Below are positions 26,851 through 38,917 of a stretch of DNA of 64,000 nucleotides, one piece after another. The stretch lies in the NCBI GenBank assembly GCA_023231475.1, contig JALJEE010000232.1, positions 1 through 64,000 on the forward strand. Direction: 5' to 3'. Each line of letters begins with the position of its first letter. The stretch's first letter is position 1. The notes beneath the pieces are model-generated. The model was not told where the DNA came from. It was given only the letters and a program-made list of their open reading frames with translations, and did no database searches. The DNA comes from Seison nebaliae (taxonomy: Eukaryota). The position numbers were made by a program, and so were the translations under genes.

Positions 26851-27369
26851 ATGAGTAGTCAAATGATGCTGAAGAAATTCCAATGGTCGATACCACATCG
26901 ATTGATGTCGACAGCCACTTTCAAACAAGAGATGCCACCACCTGGCGGTTTCTCGGCTTTCGAATGGCAAAAGAAACAATTCAAACCGAAGTGGACTTGG
27001 TGGAAATTGTGGACGGCGTACGCGGGTGTCACTATTTTCTCATGGGGAACATATTATTATGCGAGAGATAAAGCGCGCGCTCAACAATTGGAACGTGATG
27101 ATATTCGATGTGCACTCGAACCGTTAATGTTGGCGGAAGCGGATAGAATGTTCTTGAAACAAGTTTGGGAGAATCGAGAAGAAGAGAAAGAGTTGATGAA
27201 AGATGTGGAAGGATGGGAAATTGGGAAACTATATGGAGAGTCGGTGTATCACGACGAATCTGGAGAGAACAAGTTGCCAACTCCGAAAGAATTTTTCCTT
27301 CATTTGGATCCATTCCGTCGATTCCGTCAATTGCACGACGCTCATTTCCGACCCGGATGGACACCATAA
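26851..27369 (+). CDS. NDUFA13: NADH dehydrogenase 1 alpha subcomplex subunit 13 (GRIM-19)
   Basis: Signature 'FKQEMPPPGGF', one TM helix, and 'RCALEPLMLAEADRMFLKQVWENREEEKELMKDVEGWEIG...GESVY'. Confidence 0.95.
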   Translation: MSSQMMLKKFQWSIPHRLMSTATFKQEMPPPGGFSAFEWQKKQFKPKWTWWKLWTAYAGVTIFSWGTYYYARDKARAQQLERDDIRCALEPLMLAEADRMFLKQVWENREEEKELMKDVEGWEIGKLYGESVYHDESGENKLPTPKEFFLHLDPFRRFRQLHDAHFRPGWTP

Positions 27370-27701
27370 AATCTGTCCCTGAAATAAATTTCTTCTTTTT
27401 AATTAACTTAATATTTCTTCGTTCTCTGATGATATAGTAATGAAAATTTTAATGATTTTCTTTCATTTTCATGTAGATGCTGTTCTCTTACAAATTATTG
27501 TAATTATTAAGAAGAATAACAATGTCTCTTCCCAATTAGACGATATCATCACAATTTGATGTGGGAGAGATATTTATGAAATTCCTTTGACAACTATCCA
27601 CCACTTCCATATTAAATTATTTGGTGCGTCAATGAATTGTTTAACGACTTTCACCAACGAACAAATATGAAGAAATCATCATATCGCATTTCTTTCCAGT
27701 G

Positions 27702-28295
27702 ATGCATCCATTCCTTTTTATTCTACTGATTTTCAATCCTACTCCAACACTCCACCTCACTACCGACCATAATAGTCGTGTATCGGGTTTTGATGAGAGA
27801 AAGGAGAATTTCACTCACTTTCACTCACAAGCCAATTGGAGTGAATATGAGACGACTCTTTCTAACTACAGTTGGGAGAGGAATGAATCGTTACTTAATC
27901 GAACGTTTTACAATCCGATGACGAAAGCTGATATTGAATTGGAGAGGAGACGATCGATAGCGGTAATCATAGTTTTATCGATAGTTGCGTTAAGTGGAGT
28001 GTCGTTCGTTGCCATGGCATTGTTTATTCGATCAGCGGCTTACACGCGAGTGCAGAATATGAGATTATTGCAACCCCTTCATCAACGGAGTCCAGCAAAC
28101 GATGAAAATGTAAATAATCCCGGTGGGAATTGTAATAATCCGAACACGAATACAATGGGTGATTGTACGACCGGGAAAGGTGGCGCTTATGCAAGATCGA
28201 ACAATGATCGTACTCCTCAACCTACCGCTACCTGGTTACTATCTGGAGAAGCAATGCATGGTGGTGATGTTGACATGAATGATTATGATTGTTGA
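27702..28295 (+). CDS. Hypothetical type-I single-pass membrane protein
   Basis: ATG at 27702 just after TTTCCAG (a possible 5' UTR acceptor). Signal-like MHPFLFILLIF, ectodomain with five N-glycosylation sequons (NFT, NWS, NYS, NES, NRT), TM 'IAVIIVLSIVALSGVSFVAMALFI', low-complexity tail. Confidence 0.65.
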   Translation: MHPFLFILLIFNPTPTLHLTTDHNSRVSGFDERKENFTHFHSQANWSEYETTLSNYSWERNESLLNRTFYNPMTKADIELERRRSIAVIIVLSIVALSGVSFVAMALFIRSAAYTRVQNMRLLQPLHQRSPANDENVNNPGGNCNNPNTNTMGDCTTGKGGAYARSNNDRTPQPTATWLLSGEAMHGGDVDMNDYDC

Positions 28296-31200
28296 TGTGA
28301 TCTATTTAAATTGCACAGACCGACTACTTACCTACTACTCCATTTTGATACGCATGCACTAACTTAAAATGAAATTTCTTCAAAGAAATCATTTCTCTGG
28401 TATTTCTCAACTATATTTCATTTATTTTCATCATCTCATTCTCAAGTTGATATCTCATTATTGTATAAACATTTAATAAACCCTAAAAAGAATGGCCATC
28501 ACTCGATGATTTTAAACTACGAATGGATCGAACAATTTCAAATTTTATTTAGTCATTATATTATAAATAATCATTCTTCGGATGAACTGCTCCGAAGCAT
28601 AATCTTGTGGACACAAAATGTGACGATTAGTTTTGGTAGAAAAACATAAGAATTATCCATTGGCAATACCAGTAGGCTAGAGTCATTAGTAGTATTAGTA
28701 GGAAAAACGTTTTTCTTTCACTCAACAGATTTGAATTGTTAGGAATATATACAGTTGTTAGTATCTGTCTATATGTCTTACTCCGTGTAGTTTAGGAATT
28801 AGGTATCGTTTAACTGTGACGTGTTAGGAGACATATTGTTTGGTTATTACGAAATTTTTCAAATTAACATTAATGAAGACAAAAAGGTAGATAATACATT
28901 CATCATCCACCAGTGTCTTCTACTATTGCTTCATTTTAATAACAATGCCTCATAGTATCATCGTGATGGTGGTGATGAGGAGGAAGAAATGGATTTTATA
29001 AGATAAATTATTTTCGAGGAAAAAAATGGAGAATGAAATTGTCGATAAATATTCGTAGTTAAGATGATAGAGGAGGAAAGATTTCGTCCATTTTTTCAAA
29101 TGAAGGTCGTGCCAAATTCTTCCCCGGAGGCATCTGATATAAGGAATGAATGTCGTCCAATTCGTTCAATGTTCGTCGAATGTTCGTTCTATACCAATCT
29201 ACAATTCTCATTTGTTTTGTCATCAATATGCTGAGTAATATTCTTTTCTGTGTTTATTGAATGATTGGCTATAAAAAGTCTTGGGATGTGTTCCCAATAT
29301 ATTGATCATATAAACAAATGAATATTTCGTGTGTTTTCGACATGAGAAATGAAGAATTATGATAACTTTTTCAAATTTGTCTTTTCATTCTCTCGCTCCA
29401 CCATTCGACAGTGGAATAATATCTGGAATATTTGTTCCATAATTAGAATATTATTCTTTCTCTTATTTAAGTCTCCCCATCAATTTCCGAAAGTTCGTTT
29501 TTTGGATATGGTTTGTTTCCTTCAAAAATTGTGAGAAAAAATTCCATAATTATCTTCCTCATATAATCATCATGAATTCGAAAGATGAATTCCATAATTT
29601 TCGGAAATCAATTTATTTTGGAAGAAAAACAAAATAATCGCCAATAGTACTAACATCTTCCTCACAAATTAGAAATCTCGTTCTCCAACATGTCCAATGT
29701 ATTCATTCATGGGGCTCATTCATTCTCCAATCTTCGCATGTTCTTTGGCTATTGCCCATGGTCCTACTTATGTAGCACTCTCTCCTCTCATCAACCGAAC
29801 ACAGATAAAATTTACAAATTGTTTATCCTTCTCCATTTTAACATTCTGACGAAAAAATCCCCTTTAATATTTGGAGATACAATTTATTCTCCTTCTAATC
29901 GTATTCCTTTTAACATAATCCATTATGATTGATATATGCATCAATTATATGGGAAGTAAAGTAACCTTCAATTAATGAATGTTGATATTGGATAATGAAG
30001 TTCGTCTGATCTCATTCAGTTCATGTGCTAAGTCGTGATGAAACTCATCCAAATATGTGGAGTAGATGACGACAAAATAAAGTTATGCTAATTGCCAATA
30101 TACAACCCCCAACAACACTTTTCCTCAAAATCAACTCAATTTCATGTTGGGAAGGTAGGAGAGGTAGTTGGAATGGAAAAGGATGAATATAAAATTGGAT
30201 GACCATTATGATTATCTGAAACGATTACTTATTTTCTATTCATCAACCTCACTCTGGTGAATAATAACGAATCATTTAGAATATTCTATCAGAATTAACA
30301 CCAGTTTCCATGTTGATTAAGTACGAGATTATTTCAGAGTATGGAGCAATTTCCAGAATTATGAATTATCAAATAGAGCATTTCTTATAGTCGATGTTAA
30401 GTTAAGTTTAATGGTTTTTAACTTCGGTGTTAGAATGAGTTTCCTTTTTTTTTTTGGAATGAGAAGTAATTTGATGTTTAAGCGATTTTCCTTTAAAACA
30501 TTAATTGCAATATGATAAATAGTGATGATGATAGTCTCCTTATGAACTATCATTTTCTGAGTTATTTTTCTAATCAGATTTATTTGATGAATAATCTCGT
30601 CGGACCGAAAGCGAAGAGGAAACATTAACAGTTTCACTGAAGGAATGACCATTAACTGTATAATTATTATGAGAAAACAAACAGCATAATAATAATCGTT
30701 TGGAATGTTCCATTTTATTTCGAAAACCAGAAAGGAAATTTTCTTTCCAAAAATTGGGTGGTAGTTGATATTTTAATGATTATCGGATCGGATACCGAAC
30801 ATGAAATTTTTGAGAGAAAGAAACTTCAGAAAAATTAGTGGACATAGAATGGAATGGTGAAGCATTAAACGGAAGAATAATTGTTTGCTAATTATTCTGA
30901 TAAATAACAAATAATGCATTGCACAATCTTTTATTAGGAGATGTTCCTTAAGATAATTAAAGATAGGTCCTCCTTCCCCACCCCGAAAAAAAAAATGAAG
31001 AAAAGACATGGGAATGAAGAAGGAATTATGTAATTAATAACAGTGTGCAGTTCAATTAATGAAATGAAAAATATTGTTCGTTTTTATCTGATTAATGTTC
31101 TAATGTTAGGCAAATATGATGATGATAAAAATTTATAGAATTGGAGTCCAATTCGGAGTTATTTCAAGGAACGAGTGAGGAAGTGATGATTGCAAGAATC

Positions 31201-33303
31201 AGTAGCTTCGATGGACAGATAACCGGATACATACATAAATTGATTATTAGCTAATTGTGAATGTAAAGATCAAAATTATTTAGGGAAATCTCCATCTAAC
31301 TAATTACATTCTCTGAACTTATAGATCCTTCTTATCTACGATGTAATCAACGAGTAGACTCTTAACATCGAGTCATTGAACATCATTCCAGTCTAATTCT
31401 TAGTTGGAGATGAGTCGAAATTTCCATTGGCATGGTCAAAAATCTGACATATGTTACTTTAATTTACAGAATTTACATTTGCCATCCTCATTAATTCTCC
31501 ACTCGTGCCCATCATTCTTATTTCTCTGGTGTGTCTGATGACATCAAATGTTGAAATTTTCGGTTAAGTAATTCCTCCAATGAATTCACCGACATTTCGG
31601 CTTTTTTCACATTTGAAATTATTTAATAAATAAATCGTAAATATTAATTTTCCCATTAATCGATTGCCTGTTGATCATCATAACGATTTTGCATGTAATC
31701 TGCCGATTTAACGAATATCAAACAATTCTTTTATGGAACAACAAACTAGATAGAAACTTTATATAATTTTATCAAATTTGAAAGCACACTTGAAAGCACC
31801 ATCTTCTGTACCAACAATTTTAATTCATGACGATAATATCAACACATCAATATTTGTTCGAAATAATTCCTTGAGTTATTCTTATGTAAATGTGCTGAAA
31901 TATTTCCATGTTCATTGTCCAATAATTATTGGAAACTATAAAATTTGTTTAGTCTAAATTCCTTTGAAATTATCAACTTTTTAGTTGACTGGAATTTTTC
32001 CAAGGAAATTTGTTCCAGTGCAAATGTTCTTGAAAGTGATTTAGTAATTTATAAATTCTACCTTCAACTTTTTTGTCGAGGAAAGTGAATAAGTTGTGTG
32101 GAGAAGTTTCTTCTTCTTAAGGATATTTTCGAGAGGAAATAACACCATCAGTTCTGGTTTGCCAGCAACAGAAAGTTAGAGAAAGTTAAGGTGTGGAAGT
32201 TGAAATGTTGTCGAACTTTTATTGGGAATTGTTGTTCAATCTAAGAAATGGTAAAGTAGTTTACCAAAGTAGCAAAGCAATTCTTAATTGTCGGAGCATA
32301 AAACAATAAATAACATCTGTTGATAAGAAGTATAAAATGTATTGTTTCCAGTGATGGCAGTAGTAATCGTCATTTGAGTTGAAAGATGAAAACGTAAAGG
32401 TAAGAAGTGAGTTGTTTGAGGAATTGTTGGATAAATTGGTATTAAATATCCCGATGAATATTCAATATTTCTCCCATACTAATTTACATATGTGTCAGAT
32501 ACAGATGATGTCACAAATGTTGATATCGGTTGGGAGAGAATACGTTATTGGTGATTTATTCCTAATGAAAACATTTAGTCAAATATTCACCTTCATGATG
32601 AGTTGTTAATAAACATAAATCGTTTTACACTATTCGATGGGACATTTGCGAAGTAATTGCTTAATTTTGACGGCGTAGTCGAAGTAAGTGATTCCGAGAA
32701 AAATGTAAATTATTTTCCCGCTTTCCCAAATTTAGAGAAATGTGCAATGATATTCTCTTAAATGATGTCGGTTACGATGTGCGTCATAGATTCTCGCAAA
32801 TTTTATTCGTGATGGAAAGAAACCAGTTCGTTGTTGATCATCTTTTCACACTCATCTTAATTCAAGAGGAAGAATAGACAGGAAGAATCCTAGTAATCTG
32901 TTACCCAAAAATTCATGATCAGAATTTCTCACAAAGAATTATCTAGTTTAATTCTTCATCTCCTTCTTCTTTTTTCTACACATTAGACTTCTATAATTCG
33001 TGTCTACATATGATTGAACTGTCGATTAATCAGAAGAATTGGTACGATTTATTTCGGAATTAAATCGATATCAATACAACATATTTCGAACGATAAACAC
33101 GAATATTAAATGTATTAGCACAAAATTAATATAATCTTAAGAATTGACAAACTTTCGAAAAAGAAAACTTATAACGACGTACAATTCAAATAAGCGATTA
33201 TTGAGCAAATAAACATTTATTTACCAAATGTTCCACAAATAATAGATAGATTGAATAGAAACAAAAAGACATTGAAGGGAGAAAGCTACTTTCACAAACC
33301 AAC

Positions 33304-35592
33304 ATGTATACATGGCCGTGGCTGATTAATAATCTGGGTACTTTACTCTTGTGTCCAATTGGGATTATAGCAAATCTCTTATGTCTCCTTACCTTGGCCA
33401 CTGTCAAAAAGAAACCACCTCGACCTTCAATTCTCGTTAACTCAAGACAATTACCTCTAAAGTTTATGAAGAGATTAAGAAAGAAAGAAAAATTAAATAA
33501 ATATTCGGCTAAGAATGATGGGGAATGTCTTGAAGTTTTTCGACAATCTGGTGAATCGATTCAATTACAATGTACTGGGAAATTAAATAATAATAATAAA
33601 AGATCGAACAACAATCAACATTTAGATATTCCGAATAAGGAAATTTCCCACAAACTCTCACATCAGTCGATGTTGGATGAGAGGTATCGAGAGAAGAAAA
33701 AATTGTCTAACTGTTCGAAACGGTTTTCGTCCATATCATTCGGTTCTATAAATGACGATAGTAAACGTTCATCTAACAACAAAAATATGAATGATCGTAA
33801 ATATAAATTCTCAATGCTACGAAGTATATCGCAGTCAAAACAAGAATCATCAATTGTCAATGGAAAACAGAAAATGTTACGAGCCTCGGGATTCGTCGAG
33901 TATATGAAAGCTGTCGCGTTTTTTGATATGTTATCTGCCATTTGTGAATTCTCCTTATCACTCATCGTCGTTCATCGCTACTATATTGCCAATCGTTACA
34001 TGTACAAAAGTCGACAATTACGGGAGACATATAAAACTTCGTTAAATGATCCCAATATCACAATTCAAAAAATTCAGTTTTTAAAAAATTTTCAAAATTC
34101 TAATTTTACACAAACCGAACCAATTGAGCAGACACATGCAATCTTTAGAAGCTTTTTCCAAACACTCTCAATGAGATATGAGGCATCCGTTTTGGACGAT
34201 ATCTATTGTAGTCTCTCTACATTCTTCCGATACTGGTGTTATAATCTCTCATGTTGGTACGTTGTCGCATTGACAATTGATCGGTTTGTATGTGTTGTAC
34301 TATCGAATTTGGTGATACGGAATCGATCGAAAAATAAAGTGATTTCATGTTTCTCTCGAATATTCTCTCGAGTAGTCACCAATTATGGGAAGATACGTTG
34401 TGCTCGTAAGATAATCGTATTAGTCGCCATCTTCGCTGCCATGTTACATTCATACCGATTAATCTTCTTTCGCTTTATGTGTGATGAGAAGAAAATTCGA
34501 GTAATCACAAATAATATTGAAAAATTATTTTATTCGGATTATATTCGATTTGATCAATTTCCACTAATTTATCAAACGATTGGCAAATTGAGCAAATTAT
34601 CTGCACAAAACAGTTATGTAACTACATTAAATCCAACTGAACAACTCATCCAAAATCAATTGAATGATTTACCTAAATATTTAACGGTGAATGTGACACA
34701 TTGTACATGTAAATGTAAACAACCACGAGTTGAGGTTTATATCGGAGTATATTTATTTCGACTCTGTCTCTACTTTGTCTTACCTTGTGCTACGTTACTC
34801 TTCTGCAATACAGCCATTATGTGCAAATTGAAACTATATAATAAGAATTCAACACAATCCATCAGTTGCAACTATAGATGGTATTGTAGCCGTTTAAGGA
34901 ATTTATTTAAAAAGAAAAACAATGAAACTTCAATAAGTAACTCAGATAAGAAAATGTTGAATTCCCCAGAGAAGAAACAAATGAGCAGTGTATCGGATAA
35001 GAACCGACAAAAGAAAAACCAAATTACAAAAACTTTATTGATCGTTTCATGTATATTTGTCGTGTTGTTTACTCCACAGCCGGTTATCGAAATAATTAAT
35101 TTCCAAATGGTTCGCAACGTCAACAACATGTGTCATTGGTCGTTATTTGGAAATAAAAGAAACGAAACATCTTCGACCTACAGAGAATGTTTCAAGAAGA
35201 AACTTATCGTTCTGAAAGAGTTCAAAGAAAAAATCAAACTGAATCTCTTGATAAGCGAGTTCGTTGATCTGCTGAACAATGTACATTACACCATAAATTT
35301 TTTCCTCTATTTTCTCCAATGTCCTTCATTCAAAGCATTATACATTTATGCGATGAAAAACTATTTTTTCAAATTTTTAAATTTTCTCGATAACATCTTT
35401 TCCTTCATTCATTATTACTGCTCTTATCGCACCTGTAACTGGTGCATGAACCCGGAATCAACTCCACCTCAATCTCCAACCTCATTATCATCTTCATCTC
35501 CAATTTCTCCTGTTTCATCATTCAACTCTTTAGAAGATGTGGATAGTATCCGATACATTTGCGACCACAAAACTAAAGAACAAAGAATATAA
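33304..35592 (+). CDS. Rhodopsin-like (class A) neuropeptide-type GPCR, FMRFamide/myosuppressin-receptor-like group; 5' end uncertain
   Basis: TM1 'CPIGIIANLLCLLTL', TM2 'YMKAVAFFDML', TM3 'SCWYVVALTIDRFVCV', TM5 'YFVLPCATLLFCNTAI', TM6 'ITKTLLIVSCIFVVLFTP', TM7 'HYTINFFLY'. Confidence 0.85.
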   Translation: MYTWPWLINNLGTLLLCPIGIIANLLCLLTLATVKKKPPRPSILVNSRQLPLKFMKRLRKKEKLNKYSAKNDGECLEVFRQSGESIQLQCTGKLNNNNKRSNNNQHLDIPNKEISHKLSHQSMLDERYREKKKLSNCSKRFSSISFGSINDDSKRSSNNKNMNDRKYKFSMLRSISQSKQESSIVNGKQKMLRASGFVEYMKAVAFFDMLSAICEFSLSLIVVHRYYIANRYMYKSRQLRETYKTSLNDPNITIQKIQFLKNFQNSNFTQTEPIEQTHAIFRSFFQTLSMRYEASVLDDIYCSLSTFFRYWCYNLSCWYVVALTIDRFVCVVLSNLVIRNRSKNKVISCFSRIFSRVVTNYGKIRCARKIIVLVAIFAAMLHSYRLIFFRFMCDEKKIRVITNNIEKLFYSDYIRFDQFPLIYQTIGKLSKLSAQNSYVTTLNPTEQLIQNQLNDLPKYLTVNVTHCTCKCKQPRVEVYIGVYLFRLCLYFVLPCATLLFCNTAIMCKLKLYNKNSTQSISCNYRWYCSRLRNLFKKKNNETSISNSDKKMLNSPEKKQMSSVSDKNRQKKNQITKTLLIVSCIFVVLFTPQPVIEIINFQMVRNVNNMCHWSLFGNKRNETSSTYRECFKKKLIVLKEFKEKIKLNLLISEFVDLLNNVHYTINFFLYFLQCPSFKALYIYAMKNYFFKFLNFLDNIFSFIHYYCSYRTCNWCMNPESTPPQSPTSLSSSSPISPVSSFNSLEDVDSIRYICDHKTKEQRI

Positions 35593-36244
35593 TCATTCAA
35601 ATTTTTCCTTTAACAAAATAATCTTTAAAGATTTATCAATTTCTTCTATTTATTATAAATTCGATTCTAGACTAAATAAATTATTTTAATTTAAAATTTT
35701 CAATTTTATGATATAAATCAAATCCAGATTCTTTTCGAAATAAATTTAACAAAAATAAGATAACTACCATCGTGTGGGATTATTTAGGAAAGTGGAGCAA
35801 ATTAGGAAGAAACTTTTAAAACTTGTATGAAAAAGGATTTTTTAAAGTCAATACCTATATGTATATATATCATTAGATAACACATTAAAAGTTCTATAGG
35901 TTAACATTTCTTCTTGGCAATTTTCTTTAAAATAAACAATTTTATTTCAGGCTTGAAAGTATTAATTTTTGAAAATTTATGCTCAATCTAATTTTGGTTT
36001 TTAAAAACTTTCCCTAGAAATGATATTAATACATAATTATTAATGTTGAAAATATTATAATATGTGAAGTAAATTGTTTTGTACACGTTGATATAGCGAA
36101 AAATTTTTAAAATTCATTCCGATTACTTATCAAAAATTTAAAAACAGTGGCTGGGGCAATTTAGGAATGTTGCTTGAGGCACCTTTATTTTTCGATTCAA
36201 TTGTTTACAACTTTTATTTCGATTTTGTTAATTTGTGTTTCTAA

Positions 36245-37585
36245 ATGGAGTTTAGAGAATTTCACCAAAGTTGGATGGATGACAGGCGGGCGTATATGGC
36301 AATGCTATGGGAGAATTCCACTTCGAAAGTAGCCGGATTTTATAATGATGAAATTGGTATTTGTGCAACCAACGTAGTTTTAGCAATGATTATGTCAAGC
36401 CCAGTTTTGATGGATTTACTACGTGTTAAATATAACAATTGTTCACTGTCCGTCAAGAAAGAGATGGAAGCGTTGAGTAATTCTGGTAATGTTTCAGGAA
36501 AAGTGACCGATGTTGTCATATCAAACATCTTAGCTAAAGGTATTTGTGAAACATTCGATAATAAGACATACGATTATGAATTTGGACCTGGTGGTCATTA
36601 TTGTTTAGTAGAAGGGTTACGCGAACATATTAAACCAATTCGTTTACATTCAGTAATGGCAAAAATGATGATAGAGAAAAAAGCACCTCGTCCCATGTCT
36701 CATTTCGCTCGTTTGGAGACCTTCTTAAAAGATTTAGTTGACGAACGTCCGATAACGAAGATAAATGATGATGGTTATATGTATAATTATTATCCAAAAC
36801 TTGAATTATTGAATATTGAGCTATTTTTGGGAAATGTACTTTACAATCCGATTGATATTAAACCATTCCTTCCATCATACTATTTCGAAGTCGGCCATTT
36901 TTTAATGGACGCTCTTCGCCATGATCTGAAGAAAGATAAGGCTGAACCAAAATTAATTCATATGGCTTTCCTAGATATTCCCAATTTGAGAATTCATCAA
37001 ATTACTTATTATCTTTTTTTCCATTATTTACAGGACCTTCTTCCGAATGGGATTGAAAATGCACCACCTCCTGACTTTCCAATATACGTTGAATATCAAC
37101 TTTTCACAGTGCCTTCAATAAGAAAATGGACTACCTTTTTTCCATTTCCATGTTGTCAGATAACTCCCAAATTTCAATTGAAAGGTCTTTCAATTAGATT
37201 ATATGCAGAAGTTGAACTTTCGTTCAGAAACATTCCTAGCCAAAATAACGTTTTTAACGGAGTTGGAGATTGTGTTGAGAACTTTTATTTAAAAATGAAG
37301 GATTATGTTTGGGGTGATCTCGCGGAGTTCCTTCTTTTATATATGAAAAAGTACGCTCTTCGTTTTCGTGGACTTTGTACTGCATTATTGGATGAAAAAG
37401 AATTCTATCCTTTATACGACGAGATGGGTGACTATATGCACACGTTTTCCATCATTCAGAAGAATGATGATTGGTTTTTCATGAACGATCAGCATTCATT
37501 CAGAATTGATGATATTGATAAAATGACTTATTTGTTGAAAAACGAACGAGTTGATGCGGTGGTGTTAGAGGTAACTGAAGAGTGA
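36245..37585 (+). CDS. Divergent ubiquitin-specific-protease-like (peptidase C19 fold) protein
   Basis: Intronless 446 aa. 'GFYNDEIGICATNVVLAMIMSSPVLMDLL' resembles the USP Cys box, and 'MHTFSIIQKNDDWFFMNDQHSFRI' resembles the His/Asp box. Confidence 0.55.
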   Translation: MEFREFHQSWMDDRRAYMAMLWENSTSKVAGFYNDEIGICATNVVLAMIMSSPVLMDLLRVKYNNCSLSVKKEMEALSNSGNVSGKVTDVVISNILAKGICETFDNKTYDYEFGPGGHYCLVEGLREHIKPIRLHSVMAKMMIEKKAPRPMSHFARLETFLKDLVDERPITKINDDGYMYNYYPKLELLNIELFLGNVLYNPIDIKPFLPSYYFEVGHFLMDALRHDLKKDKAEPKLIHMAFLDIPNLRIHQITYYLFFHYLQDLLPNGIENAPPPDFPIYVEYQLFTVPSIRKWTTFFPFPCCQITPKFQLKGLSIRLYAEVELSFRNIPSQNNVFNGVGDCVENFYLKMKDYVWGDLAEFLLLYMKKYALRFRGLCTALLDEKEFYPLYDEMGDYMHTFSIIQKNDDWFFMNDQHSFRIDDIDKMTYLLKNERVDAVVLEVTEE

Positions 37586-38917
37586 AAAAATAAAAAATGT
37601 TTACAGTTTTATTAGAAGATGCCTTTCATGTTTATGTCTTTCATTTCAATAAAAAATTATTCATCACTATGTATTACTCTAGTTTGGTTAATTTTATTTT
37701 TCATCGATCCATCTCATATTCAGGGTAAAACAAGAACGTTAATATTGTACAATATCTAACAAAATTTAGAGTTTTAATTAAAACTTGTAAGCTGAATCCT
37801 TTCTGGTTATTATCATATCGTGGGTATATTGATTTGTGGGTATCATAACTCACAATTGTCATTTTTGAATTAATTGATTGCTAAATCGTAATCGTTCGCT
37901 AAAGTGAGACCTATGTGAGACATTTATACTTTTACTAAAATCTGAGTTTGGGAATAAATTGATCGTATATCAATTTATAAAGGTGAAATGAAAATATTAG
38001 GTCAGAATTTATCAGTTCTCGTTGTTAACTCAGTATATGTTCAAGTTGTTACTACTTCGCTGCTAAACTGTAAGACACTAAATCATAAGCATAAGCAAAT
38101 AAATCGAAGAGTCTAGGTATTTTTTCACCCCCTTTTTTATAAAAAATTAAACATAAGAATTTTGCCCCCTCCTTTTTCACCGTTTTAAACAAATGAACAA
38201 CATTAAGTATATAGCAGACAGTTTTTTTTCATTTTTTTCGTAGATTTTTTCAACAAGATTTACTTTATTAACGTATATTAATTACGTATTACTTAATATT
38301 ATATTTTTGATTATATATATAAAATTAATACTTAAAAATATATAGTTATTTTATTTGGTTCATTCTCATTTATTATAAAATTAAATGAAAGTACCGATAA
38401 ATAAAAAAGAAAATTATACATGGAAAAAAGCAATATAAAGAATTAATGATTGAACGACATGGAAATTTAATTAAAGAAATCGTTTTAATTTCTGATCATT
38501 AATTTTTTATCATATTATTTTCACAGATGTAACCGTTCTCTACTTTTCGCAATAGTTGGTCTCGTGCCGTTGCCAATTCTCTTTTGTCTTCGCGTTTTTA
38601 CTCTTATCGACAAAATCTCGGAGTCGAACTTCTAGACTTCATACATTTCCAAACATGAATCATTTTCATAATCGCTCAATCTTTAGTCATACTATTCGAT
38701 ACTACGATTTATCTCGCTAATTCTTCTCCAAGATTTCAGAAATTTCATTTTTTCTTACGATCTCACAAATTCTATACCAATCGATCGGGATTCTCTTACC
38801 GAATTACACCGATTGATCGAATTATTTTTATCTATTTTTCAAATTTATCCCGACGGGAATTTCTCTGATAAATAATAAGAATAATAATTATATTAAGTAA
38901 ATATCTCTTAAAATTTC

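Noticed and set aside
27032..27367. 111-aa ORF antisense to NDUFA13, and similar antisense or alternate-frame ORFs within the receptor and Kazal genes
   Set aside because: Shadow ORFs of real coding sequence with no independent features.
38527..38870. Slightly GC-richer segment upstream of the RIF1-like gene as a possible exon
   Set aside because: All plus-strand frames after the candidate acceptor hit stops, and the minus-strand frames are short and unrecognisable.
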